A stretch of DNA of 63,117 nt, filler included, from 14 parts of 14 records of this genome joined end to end with filler, not necessarily neighbours in it; one strand, 5' to 3'; shown: positions 11,813 through 25,024, counted from the whole stretch's first letter. Numbers and translations: made by a program. The notes: a model not told the origin generated them from the sequence alone.

Positions 11813-12042
11813 CTGCACACACATACACACACAGACAAACACACACACACACACNNNNNNNNNNNNNNNNNNNNNNNNNNNNNNNNNNNNNNNNNNNNTT
11901 AATTAATTAANNNNNNNNNNNNNNNNNNNNNNNNNNNNNNNNNNNNNNNNNNNNCTGTTCTCGAGAAACATGTTCGCTGCCGTGCAGTCGTCTATGATGA
12001 GTCGTGTTCTTGCGAGAGGTTCTGTGTTTGATTGTGGTTTAG

Positions 12043-13462
12043 GTATGAGACCAACATGTCGGTGACGGACAATGTGGACCCTTCCCCGACGCTCCTCTCT
12101 CGGTACATGAAACGCGCTTATCTCGTTTATATGCCTGTTGCTTCGTTGCTTCGCTTTGTTTTGTTTCTGCGCGGCGCTGTTATGTGGTTGTCTCACTGTA
12201 TGTGCCGTTTGTAGTTTCGATCTGATCTATCTCATGATTGATCGGCCCGACGAGACGCGCGACTCGCAGCTGGCGAAACACATTGTACGGCTGTTCAACA
12301 CAACGCAGGGCACTGCTCGGTACGCTTTTGTTGTTGTTGCTGTTTTGCAGTTGGCCCCGGTAGCGGCAGTCATCTTGGTTGTGTGGCTCTTGCAGTGTAT
12401 GTGTCCCCCTAGTTTGTGTCTCACATTGCCCGCTGTGTATAGAGCTGATGTGATTGACAAGCCCACACTGACGGCATATATCTCGTATGCACGCCGGAAC
12501 ATCCAGCCCAACCTGACCGACGGCGCTGTGCAGTCGCTTATCGACGCGTACACCGGTACGAATCTGTTACTGCGAGTCTCCCCTTTCTGCTCCTGAGCAG
12601 ACGCTGCTCGTTGTCGTTCCTTGTTAGCTACCGGCTTGTTTTGGTTTCTGGTTTTCCTCCCAAGGAAGCTTTGTATGTGTCTTTGATACCGCGTGTGTGC
12701 TGGCTCAGCGTTCTTACATTATTCTCCCGCGTGTAGCGATGCGCAAGCAGGGTCTGTCGCGCAAGACGATCAGTGCCACCCCGCGTCAGCTTGAATCCCT
12801 CATCCGCTTAGCAGAGGCTCACGCCCGCTGCCGGTTCTCGCGCACTGTGGAGCGCCTCGATGTGGCGGAGGCGGTGCGGCTCATGCAAGTCGCGCTGCTG
12901 CAGGCTGCCACCAACCCAGTTACTGGTACGGGTGAGAACGATGTGCGAGCGTGGGAGTGGCTGTGTGTTTGCTGTGTATTTGTATGTGTGTGTGGCGTTG
13001 AATGGTACAAGTGATGAATTATATGATATCGGTCCACCATCTCTGCGTTCGTATTAATTTATTGTGCTTGTGCGTCTTGTAGGTTTGGTTGATATGGATG
13101 TCATTGCGACGGGTGTGGGTTCCTCCAAGCGCGCCCTTATCACGCGCGTCACACAAGAGGCCAAGACCATGCTGGGTTCCATGTCAGCTATCACGGTCAA
13201 ATTCGGCAAGGCGCTGAATGATATTTCCAACGCTATGAATGAGGTACGGACCGGGTCATGCGTGTACTGGGGTGTCTCCCGTGCAGTAGTGTGATACTGC
13301 CATGTATGGACAGTACCGTCTTCAGATGAACTAACGAATATTTATCTGTGAGTGTAGGCTGTCTCCGCTGAGATTCTGCTTGAGGCACTGAAAGGGCTGC
13401 AAGAAGACGGCGCGGTGGTGTTGACAGGCGATCCTCGGCAGCCGGCCATTCGAAAGTTGTAA
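12043..13462 (+). CDS. MCM4: DNA replication licensing factor MCM4, last six exons (5' partial)
   Basis: PTLLSRFDLIYLMID, LTAYISYAR, ISATPRQLESLIRLAEAHAR, QAATNPVTGLVDMDVIATG and a winged-helix C-terminus; all junctions GT-AG. Confidence 0.88.
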
Positions 13463-13825
13463 GCATGGTGACGCTGATGATGACGCAGCACAAGTTCTGG
13501 GTGATTTCCGTGCGACAGTTGATTTTTTTTCTCGGTTCTGTCGTTATGTGAAGCAACACAGGTTTTGAGTGTGGGTAGTGCTGGTTGCTGCGTGTGCGTG
13601 CATGTATTGTGTGCAGTTGGGGATATATATCTAAGCCAGTAAAATCTTTATAACAGGGAAACGCTTCTACGATTAATCACTACACGAGCCAATCCTTAGC
13701 ATAGCATCACACAACATAAACATGAGAGACCACCAACCAACACAAACACAGCAGGTTGACTACTCATATATAAAAAAACATCAGTAGTCGTGGTGGTAGG
13801 TAGTATCGTGAACCCGAAGCCCAGG

Positions 13826-15494
13826 CTACGACCATCTCCGCTGCCGATCCTGCGATGTTCGGAACTGCTCTAGAATCGACCGGTCCGGCGTCTGTTCCGA
13901 TACCGGAGTGAACGGGGGACTGCTGGGTGAGAAGGACGGAGACATCAACGAAGCGAACGGCAACGGGTCAGCACCAACTGAGGAGCCGGGTAATTGTGCA
14001 GCCTGCTGCGGCGAGCTCTGCGGCGGGAAGGCGGGTGCCGGTGCCGGGGGTGGTGGTGGTGGTGTAGGGATGGCAAAGGAAAACGTTAAGGGTGCAGGCG
14101 ACGCCTTGTTGCTGCCTGAGTCCGGAGGCGCTCCAAACGACAAGGAGCTGGTGTTGATGGAGGAGTCCGCAGGGGGAGTCAGCGCGGCGCTGACGTCGGT
14201 GAACACGAACGCGGACGCGGGAGACGCAGCGGGGGAGGAGCCGGTTGCGCGGGCGGCCTTCGTGCGGTGTTTGGCGGAGGGTGTGTGAGCGCTGTGAGTG
14301 CTTGCTGAAACCGCGGCGCTCTTGGGAGACGGCTGCAGAGAGTCGATTGTTGCGGCAATCTGCGATAGGCTCGGGCCACTGGGTGCATGTTTCGGCTTTG
14401 GGGCCAGGAACGCCGCGACGGCCTGCCGGTATTCTTCCACTGTGTCCAAGGGCTTCGTGAAAACGTCCGCACCGAGCGAGGGCAGCTTAGCGTCGATGGA
14501 GAGGGCCATCTCAGTGAGCTCGGGCTCGATCAGTGCGATGCAGAACAGCGCAGGGCGGGTGAGATACTTTGGCCGCGCTTCCATGGCAAAATCTAGCATA
14601 CGACACATGGTACGGTTACCACGGGGGAGAGTAGGACAGAAATTCGTTCGAAGGAGATTCATGTGTGATGACGTAGACGAGGTCACGGGAGGTTGTCAAG
14701 AAGCACAACCGATCAAAACACCGCACCGTACATCATCACTAAAGCACAACGCGAAAAGGCAGAGAGCACAGGAGAGAGAAAGGGAACGAGTACCACTCCG
14801 CCGTGATCATATGACATGCACAGGAACGCACACATGCGATGCTTCACACAATCATATACCATGCATCACACTATCCAGAGTCATAGTCTATACACATGGG
14901 CACCAACAACCGTACCAGCAGGCAGCACGCCCAACAGAGCATTCAGCGCGCTCACATGCGGACGCAGATCGGCAGGGCCCTTCAGGCCGAGAAGATGCGT
15001 TCTAAAGTACTCCGGCGCATACGTCACGATACCACCACTCCAAAAGCGAAGATGGTGGCAGTACACAAACGCCATGATGTACGATATCAGAATATCAAGC
15101 ACACCGCACTCTGCTAGATCCCTGTGCACGGCGAACCAAATTCCGCGTTTCAGTTAGTGTTGATACTCAGTAAAGAGGACCAACCGGGGACGCATGATCG
15201 TGTTACAGAGCACATTGGGCACCCCGTGCACTATAAACGCAACACCAAAAAAGGCCTATACATAAATGCATAACAAAAGCCACGGGCAACGTACACATGG
15301 TTGACTTTCGAGTCACACGCCAGCTCACATGCCAACAACGGCTTCCGCTCAAGCACAGACATCAAGTTGATCACGGTGAGCTTCGGGGCGGAACAACGGA
15401 TCAGCTGCCGCAGAAGCTCAGCACCCTCTGCGTCGATGCGTTTCTCCATCAAGGGGACGAGCAGAGGCATGGCGTAGACATCCGCAGCAAGAGC
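13826..15494 (-). CDS. Unknown eukaryotic protein (helical region then Pro/Ser-rich tail), last three exons
   Basis: GC-rich coding-like blocks at about 15300-15494, 14915-15122 and 13826-14593, bounded by splice signals; tail has AFVFT/LSFGA/FSFA motifs. Confidence 0.6.
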
Positions 15495-15760
15495 CTGCAT
15501 AACAACCAGTAAGCACGCACGTGTCTAGGAGTACGCATAGCATGTCTATGCACTCACTGTACACGCAGAAGGGAAGAAGAGACACGAACATCTCGGCGTC
15601 AATACACACAGCACCAGTTCAATTCGTGATTCTACAAAGACAGCTTCGCATATACATAAANNNNNNNNNNNNNNNNNNNNNNNNNNNNNNNNNNNNNNNN
15701 NNNNTTAATTAATTAANNNNNNNNNNNNNNNNNNNNNNNNNNNNNNNNNNNNNNNNNNNN

Positions 15761-17166
15761 AACGAAAAAGCGAAGTCATTCGACAGCGTTTGAAAGACGC
15801 CATGGGATCTGCACAACGCATTGTGATTGATTGCTCGTACGATGAGCTGATGGTTGACTCAGTACGTGCTTTTTGTTCCTACCACAATTCTCACCAATAT
15901 CTGACAGGAACTCAGCAGCCTTTCGCAGCAGCTCATGTTCTCTTACGGTGTGAACAGGTACAGTTCATGCTATGGTGCTGCGGTTGACTCTGTGGCGTTG
16001 GTGCGGAATTGTGTGTGCAGGCGTTGCGAGAGACCTGTGCATTACATGATTACGGGGGTGGGAGAGCGACTTCTGCAGCACCTGGGGAAAGTCTCCTTCT
16101 CAAACTGGACGGTGCGTGGATGCTAGGTCCGCGCGAGTGCTGCAAGCGCTGGGCCATGCCTTGCGATGTGAGCGTGTGTGGTGTTTATTCGGGAATGTCT
16201 GTGTGGTGTGTACCCTTTGCGGTGTTTCGAGTTCCGATTGGTCCTCTTGTGGTCGTTGTTTGTCTATGACTGCTATGACTCCACAGCGTCAGGTTTCCCC
16301 TGCATGTTTCACACGATCAATCGCACAGCAATTCTCTGTTCTGCTCCGACGGTGCCGCCGGAATGCATATTGGCCACAGCTAACCGTCCGTGCGTTATAC
16401 ATCTCAGGTGGACACTCGTGCGGGTGACTTCATCGACGAGCTCCCCAAAGACGACATCGTGTATCTCTCGAGTGAGTCGCCTAACGTGCTCAGCGCGCTG
16501 GATCCGGCCAAGGCATATGTAATTGGCGGTCTGGTAGACCACAACCGCTACAAGGTGCGTTTGCAACACTACGTCCCCGGCTCGCATTCAGTATGAGGTG
16601 TGTGAGACGAGTTATGTGTGCCGGAATCTTTACGGTTTATATCACTGCGGCTGTGTACGCTGTGTGCACTGCATGCTACGTGTCTCACACATGTGCATAT
16701 GTATCATAGGGGCTGACGTTTAAGAAGGCGCAAGAGAGAGGTATCGCGCACGCACAACTGCCCATCGGTGAATACATTCAGATGAGTTCCCGGAAAGTTC
16801 TCGCGGTGAACCACGGTACGTTGGAGTCACACCAATGCCCCGTTCGATTCACAACGCATTTTATATTTGCTTCGTGATGGTGTTTGGGTGCAGCGGAGGG
16901 GAAGTCACGCCGCGATTGTGTGTGGTTGCTGTGCATTAACCTGTCTGTGTCGCTGTGCAGTATTCGAGATTCTGGTGCGGTTTCTGCAGTGCGGCGACTG
17001 GCAGCGAGCCTTTCTGGAGGTGATTCCGCAGCGCAAGGGAGTAGCCGCTGCGCAATCAATTTCGGACAGCACCGCATCCGGCACCATCCCGAGCAACGAC
17101 ATGGACGACATGGACGAACAGGACGCGGTAGACGGGACTCCGGTGGATGCTGCGTCTGTCGAGTGA
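15761..17166 (+). CDS. TRM10: tRNA m1G9 methyltransferase TRM10/TRMT10, six exons (5' partial)
   Basis: [63 protein letters not shown] and [13 protein letters not shown] are TRM10 SPOUT signatures. Confidence 0.93.
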
Positions 17167-18054
17167 TTCCACCGACAACGGATTGCAATTGTTTTTTTCT
17201 TTTTCGTTTCCGAATGTAGCTGAAACGGCTACAGGCTGCCCTGGCGAACCGTGAGCTCCTGCTGTCATGGTGGGTAGCCCGACCGTACATGTTTGGACAA
17301 TATCTGATGCGAGTCGTCAGCGACATATCCATGGTTTACGTAACGCGGACGTGGGGCACACTCTCTTCGGCAGCGGACGCGAACCCCGCCAAAAGGGATG
17401 GATCGGTCCAAGTGATCGGAACCAGGGTGGAAACGCCTTCCGCAGCGTTGTTGTTCACCGGGAGAACATCTTTACGCTAGGGGGAGTTGGAAGATCTTCC
17501 TGTGCCCCAACATCCGGTAGTCGGACCGATTTGAGGGGGGACCGAGGTGCAAACACGATACGTGTGCAGTCTACCAAATTATATTTATAACAGTATGGCA
17601 AATGACATGCGTTTGCTGCGACTTTACAGCAACCGCACCGAGAAGAACGCAAATATCAGAACGGCATCGACATCCCGTTGGGGACGGACTCCCGAGATTG
17701 TCTCTCACGTCAGTCTGCGACCGAGACCAACTACACACCAACACATACCAAACAGATGATCTGAAAACAAAAACAACAGCAAGATTCTCTATGCACACAC
17801 AATCCCCTACCACTGAGAATGCTACTCGCAGATAATAAATTACACATCGTCGTTGAACTTGCACGAAACAACGGACACAAAACCACAGAGCCTCGGTCAT
17901 AACCGAGCTGCCCCAAGAAGCATACACAACCAGTCCCACATACAAGAGATGAGTATCCACTCTTTACGGCGACGCTGACGAACATGAACCATGCAATATC
18001 ACACAATCACGCGCAGGAGATGCCAGCCACAAGCGCAGAACGCCCGCCGACCCC

Positions 18055-18314
18055 TCACACACGTTTCAGCCGCAACAGCAGCCGCGCCGACCGCACAGGA
18101 ACGTCCTTCACGTGCTCTCCCCCGCCCTCGGGCCCCTCGCCGTTCCCCGTCTCCACCACAGCGCGCTCCTCCACCCCGCCCGACCCGCCCGGCTCGTCCC
18201 CCGCCGGGACACTCAGCTGCCACTGGAACCCGGTGGGGGTCGCAATGCGGCGCTTGGTGGCAGGCGCGCGGGAGCTGGCGAGACTGGGTGTGCGGGGGGA
18301 GGGAGGGGCGGGGG
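18055..18314 (-). CDS. Probable 3' end of an unknown GC-rich eukaryotic gene
   Basis: Open frame PSLASSRAPATKRRIATPTGFQWQLSV...LLLRLKRV* runs from the contig edge; no family recognised. Confidence 0.35.
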
Positions 18315-18418
18315 NNNNNNNNNNNNNNNNNNNNNNNNNNNNNNNNNNNNNNNNNNNNTTAATTAATTAANNNNNNNNNNNNNNNNNNNNNNNNNNNNNN
18401 NNNNNNNNNNNNNNCTGA

Positions 18419-20341
18419 GTGAATATATCGAACAGTCAGGTTAAGGGGCTGCAGCACTCTGCGCGCGCGGGTCTACTTTCGCTGTACCGACCTGAGCCGC
18501 AAACGGCGGTTGAATGGGCAGACGATAATTACTATCTCCCCAAAGAGTCGGCCTACCAGGAAGGGCGCTGGGAAACGTTGCCGTTTCAACGCGCGATCAT
18601 GAATGCGATGGGTAACGATTACATACGTGAGGTCAACGTTGTTAAGTCTGCCCGTGTTGGCTATTCAAAAATGTTGCTGGGTGTTTATGCGTATTTTATT
18701 CAGCACAAGCAGCGAAATTCCCTTATCTGGCTGCCTACTGATGGTGACGCCGAAAACTTTATGAAGTCGCATGTTGAGCCGACGATTCGCGATATTCCGT
18801 CACTTCTGGCGCTGGCCCCCTGGTATGGAAAAAAGCACCGGGACAATACGCTCAGTATGAAACGCTTCTCCAACGGTCGCGGGTTCTGGTGTCTGGGTGG
18901 TAAAGCGGCGAAAAACTATCGTGAGAAATCGGTCGATGTCGCCGGTTACGATGAACTGGCGGCATTCGATGAAGATATTGAGAAAGAGGGATCCCCGACG
19001 TTCCTGGGTGATAAACGTATTGAGGGGTCTGTCTGGCCCAAATCTATTCGCGGCTCAACGCCAAAAACAAAGGGGACCTGCCAGATTGAGCGTGCTGCCA
19101 GCGAGTCCGGGCATTTCATGCGTTTTCATGTTGCCTGTCCGCACTGTGGTGAAGAGCAGTACCTTAAATTCGGCGACAAAGAGACCCCGTTCGGGCTGAA
19201 ATGGACACCGGGCGAACCCTCCAGCGTCTTTTACCTGTGTGAACATAATGCCTGCGTCATTAAGCAGCAGGAGCTGGATTTCACTGAAGCTCGTTACATC
19301 TGCGACACCACCGGGATCTGGACGCGCGACGGTTTATCCTGGTTTTCATCAACAGGCACCGAAATCGACCCGCCAGACAGCGTGACGTTTCACATCTGGA
19401 CGGCATACAGCCCGTTTACCACCTGGGTTCAGATCGTTAAAGACTGGCTAAAAACGAAAGGGGATACAGGAAAGCGTAAAACCTTCGTGAACACCACTCT
19501 GGGCGAAACATGGGAGCCTAAAATTGGTGAACGGCCTGACGCGGAGCTCATGGCCGAACGCAAAGAGTTCTTCGGGGCATCCGTACCGGAGCGTGTTGCT
19601 TATCTGACAGCCGGGATCGACTCCCAACTGGATCGATATGAAATGCGCGTCTGGGGATGGGGGCCCGGTGAGGAAAGCTGGCTGATTGACCGGCAGATCA
19701 TTATGGGCCGTCATGATGATGAAGCGACCCTCGTCAGGGTGGACGAGGCGATTAACAAAACCTATCTCCGAAAGAATGGCGTGGAAATGTCGGTATCCCG
19801 TATCTGCTGGGATATCGGCGGTATTGACCCCACCATCGTCTACAACCGCTCAAAAAAACACGGTCTGTTTCGTGTGATCCCTATAAAGGGGGCGTCGGTT
19901 TATGGAAAGCCGGTGGCGAACATGCCACGCAAGCGTAACAAGAATGGTGTTTACCTCACAGAGGTAGGAACAGACACCGCAAAAGAGCAGATTTATAACC
20001 GTTTCACGCTGGTGGCGCAAAGAGACGAGCCGCTGGCGGGAGCGGTTCATTTCCCGAATAACCCAGAAATCTACGATCTAACAGAGGCCCAACAACTAAC
20101 AGCTGAAGAGCAGGTGGAAAAATGGGTAGACGGAAAGAAAAAGATCGTCTGGGACAGCAAAAAACGACGAAATGAGGCGCTCGATTGCTTTGTTTATGCA
20201 CTGGCGGCGCTGCGTATAAGCATATCCCGCTGGCAGCTTAACCTTGATTCACTTCTTGCCAGCCTGCTGGAGGAAGAAGGCACCCGTAACAATAACAAGA
20301 CCCTGGCGGATTACGCGCGGGCATTGTCTGGAGAGGAATAA
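18419..20341 (+). CDS. A: Lambdoid phage terminase large subunit (gpA-like)
   Basis: 640 aa, GTG start, collinear with lambda gpA ([37 protein letters not shown]) but with many substitutions. Confidence 0.96.
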   Translation: MNISNSQVKGLQHSARAGLLSLYRPEPQTAVEWADDNYYLPKESAYQEGRWETLPFQRAIMNAMGNDYIREVNVVKSARVGYSKMLLGVYAYFIQHKQRNSLIWLPTDGDAENFMKSHVEPTIRDIPSLLALAPWYGKKHRDNTLSMKRFSNGRGFWCLGGKAAKNYREKSVDVAGYDELAAFDEDIEKEGSPTFLGDKRIEGSVWPKSIRGSTPKTKGTCQIERAASESGHFMRFHVACPHCGEEQYLKFGDKETPFGLKWTPGEPSSVFYLCEHNACVIKQQELDFTEARYICDTTGIWTRDGLSWFSSTGTEIDPPDSVTFHIWTAYSPFTTWVQIVKDWLKTKGDTGKRKTFVNTTLGETWEPKIGERPDAELMAERKEFFGASVPERVAYLTAGIDSQLDRYEMRVWGWGPGEESWLIDRQIIMGRHDDEATLVRVDEAINKTYLRKNGVEMSVSRICWDIGGIDPTIVYNRSKKHGLFRVIPIKGASVYGKPVANMPRKRNKNGVYLTEVGTDTAKEQIYNRFTLVAQRDEPLAGAVHFPNNPEIYDLTEAQQLTAEEQVEKWVDGKKKIVWDSKKRRNEALDCFVYALAALRISISRWQLNLDSLLASLLEEEGTRNNNKTLADYARALSGEE

Positions 20342-20547
20342 TGGCAACACAGACTGAACTGGATGCCGCGCGCGCTGCGTTACATGACCTGATGATGGGA
20401 AAGCGCGTGGCGACGGTACAGAAAGACGGTCGAAGAGTGGAATTTACAGCTACCTCAGTCACCGATCTCAAAAAGTATATTGCTGACCTTGAATCTCAGG
20501 TTGGTACCACATCACGACGCCAGGGGCCTGCAAGGTTTTACGTATGA
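20341..20547 (+). CDS. W: Phage head-tail joining protein gpW
   Basis: 68 aa, [32 protein letters not shown]; lies between terminase and portal. Confidence 0.95.
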   Translation: MATQTELDAARAALHDLMMGKRVATVQKDGRRVEFTATSVTDLKKYIADLESQVGTTSRRQGPARFYV

Positions 20548-21798
20548 AAATACCATCTTTAGTGGGTCCTGACGGGAAAACATCCCTCCGGGAATACGCG
20601 GGGTATCATGGCGGCGGCGGAGGGTTTGGTGGTCAGTTGCGGGGCTGGAATCCACCAAGCGAAAGTGCTGATGCGGCTCTTCTGCCTAACTTCTCGCGCG
20701 GAAATGCCCGTGCTGACGATCTGGTCAGAAATAATGGCTATGCGGCAAACGCCGTGCAGCTCCACCAGGACCACATCGTCGGGTCATTTTTCAGACTCAG
20801 CTATCGACCGAGCTGGCGCTATCTTGGCATCAATGAGGAGGATTCACGCGCATTTTCGCGGGATGTAGAAGCCGCCTGGAACGAGTATGCCGAGGACGAC
20901 TTTTGCGGGATTGATGCCGAGCGTAAGCGAACGTTTACGATGATGATCCGAGAAGGTGTGGCCATGCACGCGTTTAACGGTGAATTATGCACGCAGGCGA
21001 CCTGGGACAGCGATTCAACGCGTCTTTTCCGTACTCAGTTCAAAATGGTCAGTCCGAAGCGCGTCAGCAATCCGAATAATATCGGTGATACCCGGAACTG
21101 TCGCGCCGGTGTGAAAATAAATGATAGCGGTGCTGCGCTGGGATATTACGTCAGCGACGATGGTTATCCCGGCTGGATGGCGCAGAACTGGACCTACATT
21201 CCTCGCGAACTACCCGGCGGTCGACCTTCATTTATCCATGTATTCGAACCGATGGAGGATGGACAGACCCGTGGGGCCAATGCGTTTTACAGCGTGATGG
21301 AGCAGATGAAAATGCTCGATACCCTGCAAAATACCCAGCTCCAGAGCGCGATAGTGAAGGCTATGTATGCCGCTACCATCGAGAGTGAACTGGATACCCA
21401 ATCGGCGATGGACTTTATTCTCGGCGCGGATAATAAAGAGCAGCAGAGCAAACTTACGGGCTGGCTCGGTGAAATGGCGTCCTATTACTCAGCTGCGCCT
21501 GTTCGCCTGGGTGGGGCAAGGGTTCCACACCTGTTGCCGGGTGATTCTCTCAACCTTCAGTCGGCGCAGGATACCGATAACGGCTACTCGACTTTTGAAC
21601 AGTCCCTGCTGCGTTATATTGCCGCTGGGCTTGGTGTGTCGTATGAGCAGCTTTCGCGAAACTATTCGCAGATGAGCTACTCGACCGCACGCGCAAGTGC
21701 TAACGAGTCCTGGGCGTACTTTATGGGGCGTCGCAAGTTTGTGGCATCCCGACAGGCCTGTCAGATGTTTCTTTGCTGGCTTGAAGAGGCGATTGTCC
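20544..21798 (+). CDS. B: Lambda-family portal protein gpB (3' truncated by contig end)
   Basis: [44 protein letters not shown]. Confidence 0.95.
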
Positions 21799-21898
21799 NN
21801 NNNNNNNNNNNNNNNNNNNNNNNNNNNNNNNNNNNNNNNNNNTTAATTAATTAANNNNNNNNNNNNNNNNNNNNNNNNNNNNNNNNNNNNNNNNNNNN

Positions 21899-22461
21899 TT
21901 TACGGCAATATCATCACCACACGCACTTATCAGGAACGCCTCGATACGCTGGAAAAAGTGCGCGATGCCGGGATCAAAGTCTGTTCTGGCGGCATTGTGG
22001 GCTTAGGCGAAACGGTAAAAGATCGCGCCGGATTATTGCTGCAACTGGCAAACCTGCCGACGCCGCCGGAAAGCGTGCCAATCAACATGCTGGTGAAGGT
22101 GAAAGGCACGCCGCTTGCCGATAACGATGATGTCGATGCCTTTGATTTTATTCGCACCATTGCGGTCGCGCGGATCATGATGCCAACCTCTTACGTGCGC
22201 CTTTCTGCCGGACGCGAGCAGATGAACGAACAGACTCAGGCGATGTGCTTTATGGCAGGCGCAAACTCGATTTTCTACGGTTGCAAACTGCTGACCACGC
22301 CGAATCCGGAAGAAGATAAAGACCTGCAACTGTTCCGCAAACTGGGGCTAAATCCGCAGCAAACTGCCGTGCTGGCAGGGGATAACGAACAACAGCAACG
22401 TCTTGAACAGGCGCTGATGACCCCGGACACCGACGAATATTACAACGCGGCAGCATTATGA
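21899..22461 (+). CDS. bioB: Biotin synthase (5' partial)
   Basis: [28 protein letters not shown]; first gene of bioBFCD. Confidence 0.97.
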
Positions 22462-23612
22462 GCTGGCAGGAGAAAATCAACGCGGCGCTCGATGCGCGGC
22501 GTGCTGCCGATGCCCTGCGTCGCCGTTATCCGGTGGCGCAAGGAGCCGGACGCTGGCTGGTGGCGGATGATCGCCAGTATCTGAACTTTTCCAGTAACGA
22601 TTATTTAGGTTTAAGCCATCATCCGCAAATTATCCGTGCCTGGCAGCAGGGGGCGGAGCAATTTGGCATCGGTAGCGGCGGCTCCGGTCACGTCAGCGGT
22701 TATAGCGTGGTGCATCAGGCACTGGAAGAAGAGCTGGCCGAGTGGCTTGGCTATTCGCGGGCACTGCTGTTTATCTCTGGTTTCGCCGCTAATCAGGCAG
22801 TTATTGCCGCGATGATGGCGAAAGAGGACCGTATTGCTGCCGACCGGCTTAGCCATGCCTCATTGCTGGAAGCTGCCAGTTTAAGCCCGTCGCAGCTTCG
22901 CCGTTTTGCTCATAACGATGTCACTCATTTGGCGCGATTGCTTGCTTCCCCCTGTCCGGGGCAGCAAATGGTGGTGACAGAAGGCGTGTTCAGCATGGAC
23001 GGCGATAGTGCGCCACTGGCGGAAATCCAGCAGGTAACGCAACAGCACAATGGCTGGTTGATGGTCGATGATGCCCACGGCACGGGCGTTATCGGGGAGC
23101 AGGGGCGCGGCAGCTGCTGGCTGCAAAAGGTAAAACCAGAATTGCTGGTAGTGACTTTTGGCAAAGGATTTGGCGTCAGCGGGGCAGCGGTGCTTTGCTC
23201 CAGTACGGTGGCGGATTATCTGCTGCAATTCGCCCGCCACCTTATCTACAGCACCAGTATGCCGCCCGCTCAGGCGCAGGCATTACGTGCGTCGCTGGCG
23301 GTCATTCGCAGTGATGAGGGTGATGCACGGCGCGAAAAACTGGCGGCACTCATTACGCGTTTTCGTGCCGGAGTACAGGATTTGCCGTTTACGCTTGCTG
23401 ATTCATGCAGCGCCATCCAGCCATTGATTGTCGGTGATAACAGCCGTGCGTTACAACTGGCAGAAAAACTGCGTCAGCAAGGCTGCTGGGTCACGGCGAT
23501 TCGCCCGCCAACCGTACCCGCTGGTACTGCGCGACTGCGCTTAACGCTAACCGCTGCGCATGAAATGCAGGATATCGACCGTCTGCTGGAGGTGCTGCAT
23601 GGCAACGGTTAA
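22458..23612 (+). CDS. bioF: 8-amino-7-oxononanoate synthase
   Basis: 384 aa; [21 protein letters not shown] (PLP lysine). Confidence 0.98.
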
Positions 23613-24354
23613 TAAACAAGCCATTGCAGCGGCATTTGGTCGGGCAGCCGCACACTATGAGCAACATGCAGATCTACAGCGCCAGAGTGCTGACGCCTTA
23701 CTGGCAATGCTTCCACAGCGTAAATACACCCACGTACTGGACGCGGGTTGTGGACCTGGCTGGATGAGCCGCCACTGGCGGGAACGTCACGCGCAGGTGA
23801 CGGCCTTAGATCTCTCGCCGCCAATGCTTGTTCAGGCACGCCAGAAGGATGCCGCAGACCATTATCTGGCGGGAGATATCGAATCCCTGCCGTTAGCGAC
23901 TGCGACGTTCGATCTTGCATGGAGCAATCTCGCAGTGCAGTGGTGCGGTAATTTATCCACGGCACTCCGCGAGCTGTATCGGGTGGTGCGCCCCAAAGGC
24001 GTGGTCGCGTTTACCACGCTGGTGCAGGGATCGTTACCCGAACTGCATCAGGCGTGGCAGGCGGTGGACGAGCGTCCGCATGCTAATCGCTTTTTACCGC
24101 CAGATGAAATCGAACAGTCGCTGAACGGCGTGCATTATCAACATCATATTCAGCCCATCACGCTGTGGTTTGATGATGCGCTCAGTGCCATGCGTTCGCT
24201 GAAAGGCATCGGTGCCACGCATCTTCATGAAGGGCGCGACCCGCGAATATTAACGCGTTCGCAGTTGCAGCGATTGCAACTGGCCTGGCCGCAACAGCAG
24301 GGGCGATATCCTCTGACGTATCATCTTTTTTTGGGAGTGATTGCTCGTGAGTAA
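23599..24354 (+). CDS. bioC: Malonyl-ACP O-methyltransferase
   Basis: [26 protein letters not shown]; 251 aa. Confidence 0.97.
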
Positions 24355-25024
24355 ACGTTATTTTGTCACCGGAACGGATACCGAAGTGGGGAAAACTGTC
24401 GCCAGTTGTGCACTTTTACAAGCCGCAAAGGCAGCAGGCTACCGGACGGCAGGTTATAAACCGGTCGCCTCTGGCAGCGAAAAGACCCCGGAAGGTTTAC
24501 GCAATAGCGACGCGCTGGCGTTACAGCGCAACAGCAGCCTGCAGCTGGATTACGCAACAGTAAATCCTTACACCTTCGCAGAACCCACTTCGCCGCACAT
24601 CATCAGCGCGCAAGAGGGCAGACCGATAGAATCATTGGTAATGAGCGCCGGATTACGCGCGCTTGAACAACAGGCTGACTGGGTGTTAGTGGAAGGTGCT
24701 GGCGGCTGGTTTACGCCGCTTTCTGACACTTTCACTTTTGCAGATTGGGTAACACAGGAACAACTGCCGGTGATACTGGTAGTTGGTGTGAAACTCGGCT
24801 GTATTAATCACGCGATGTTGACTGCACAGGTAATACAACACGCCGGACTGACTCTGGCGGGTTGGGTGGCGAACGATGTTACGCCTCCGGGAAAACGTCA
24901 CGCTGAATATATGACCACGCTCACCCGCATGATTCCCGCGCCGCTGCTGGGAGAGATCCCCTGGCTTGCAGAAAATCCAGAAAATGCGGCAACCGGAAAG
25001 TACATAAACCTTGCCTTGTTGTAG
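24347..25024 (+). CDS. bioD: Dethiobiotin synthetase
   Basis: GTG start, [18 protein letters not shown]; 225 aa. Confidence 0.97.

Larger units (their letters stand above)
18415..21798 (+). mobile_element. Lambdoid (phi80/N15-like) phage head-packaging segment
   Basis: A-W-B gene order; peptides differ from recalled lambda sequences. Confidence 0.8.

Noticed and set aside
17415..17447. SRP RNA helix 8 or a cobalamin riboswitch core (CAGGGTGGAAACGC...GCAG)
   Set aside because: Lacks the AGCAG immediately after the tetraloop stem required for SRP, and lacks an ordered B12 box; kept only as an unclassified structured candidate
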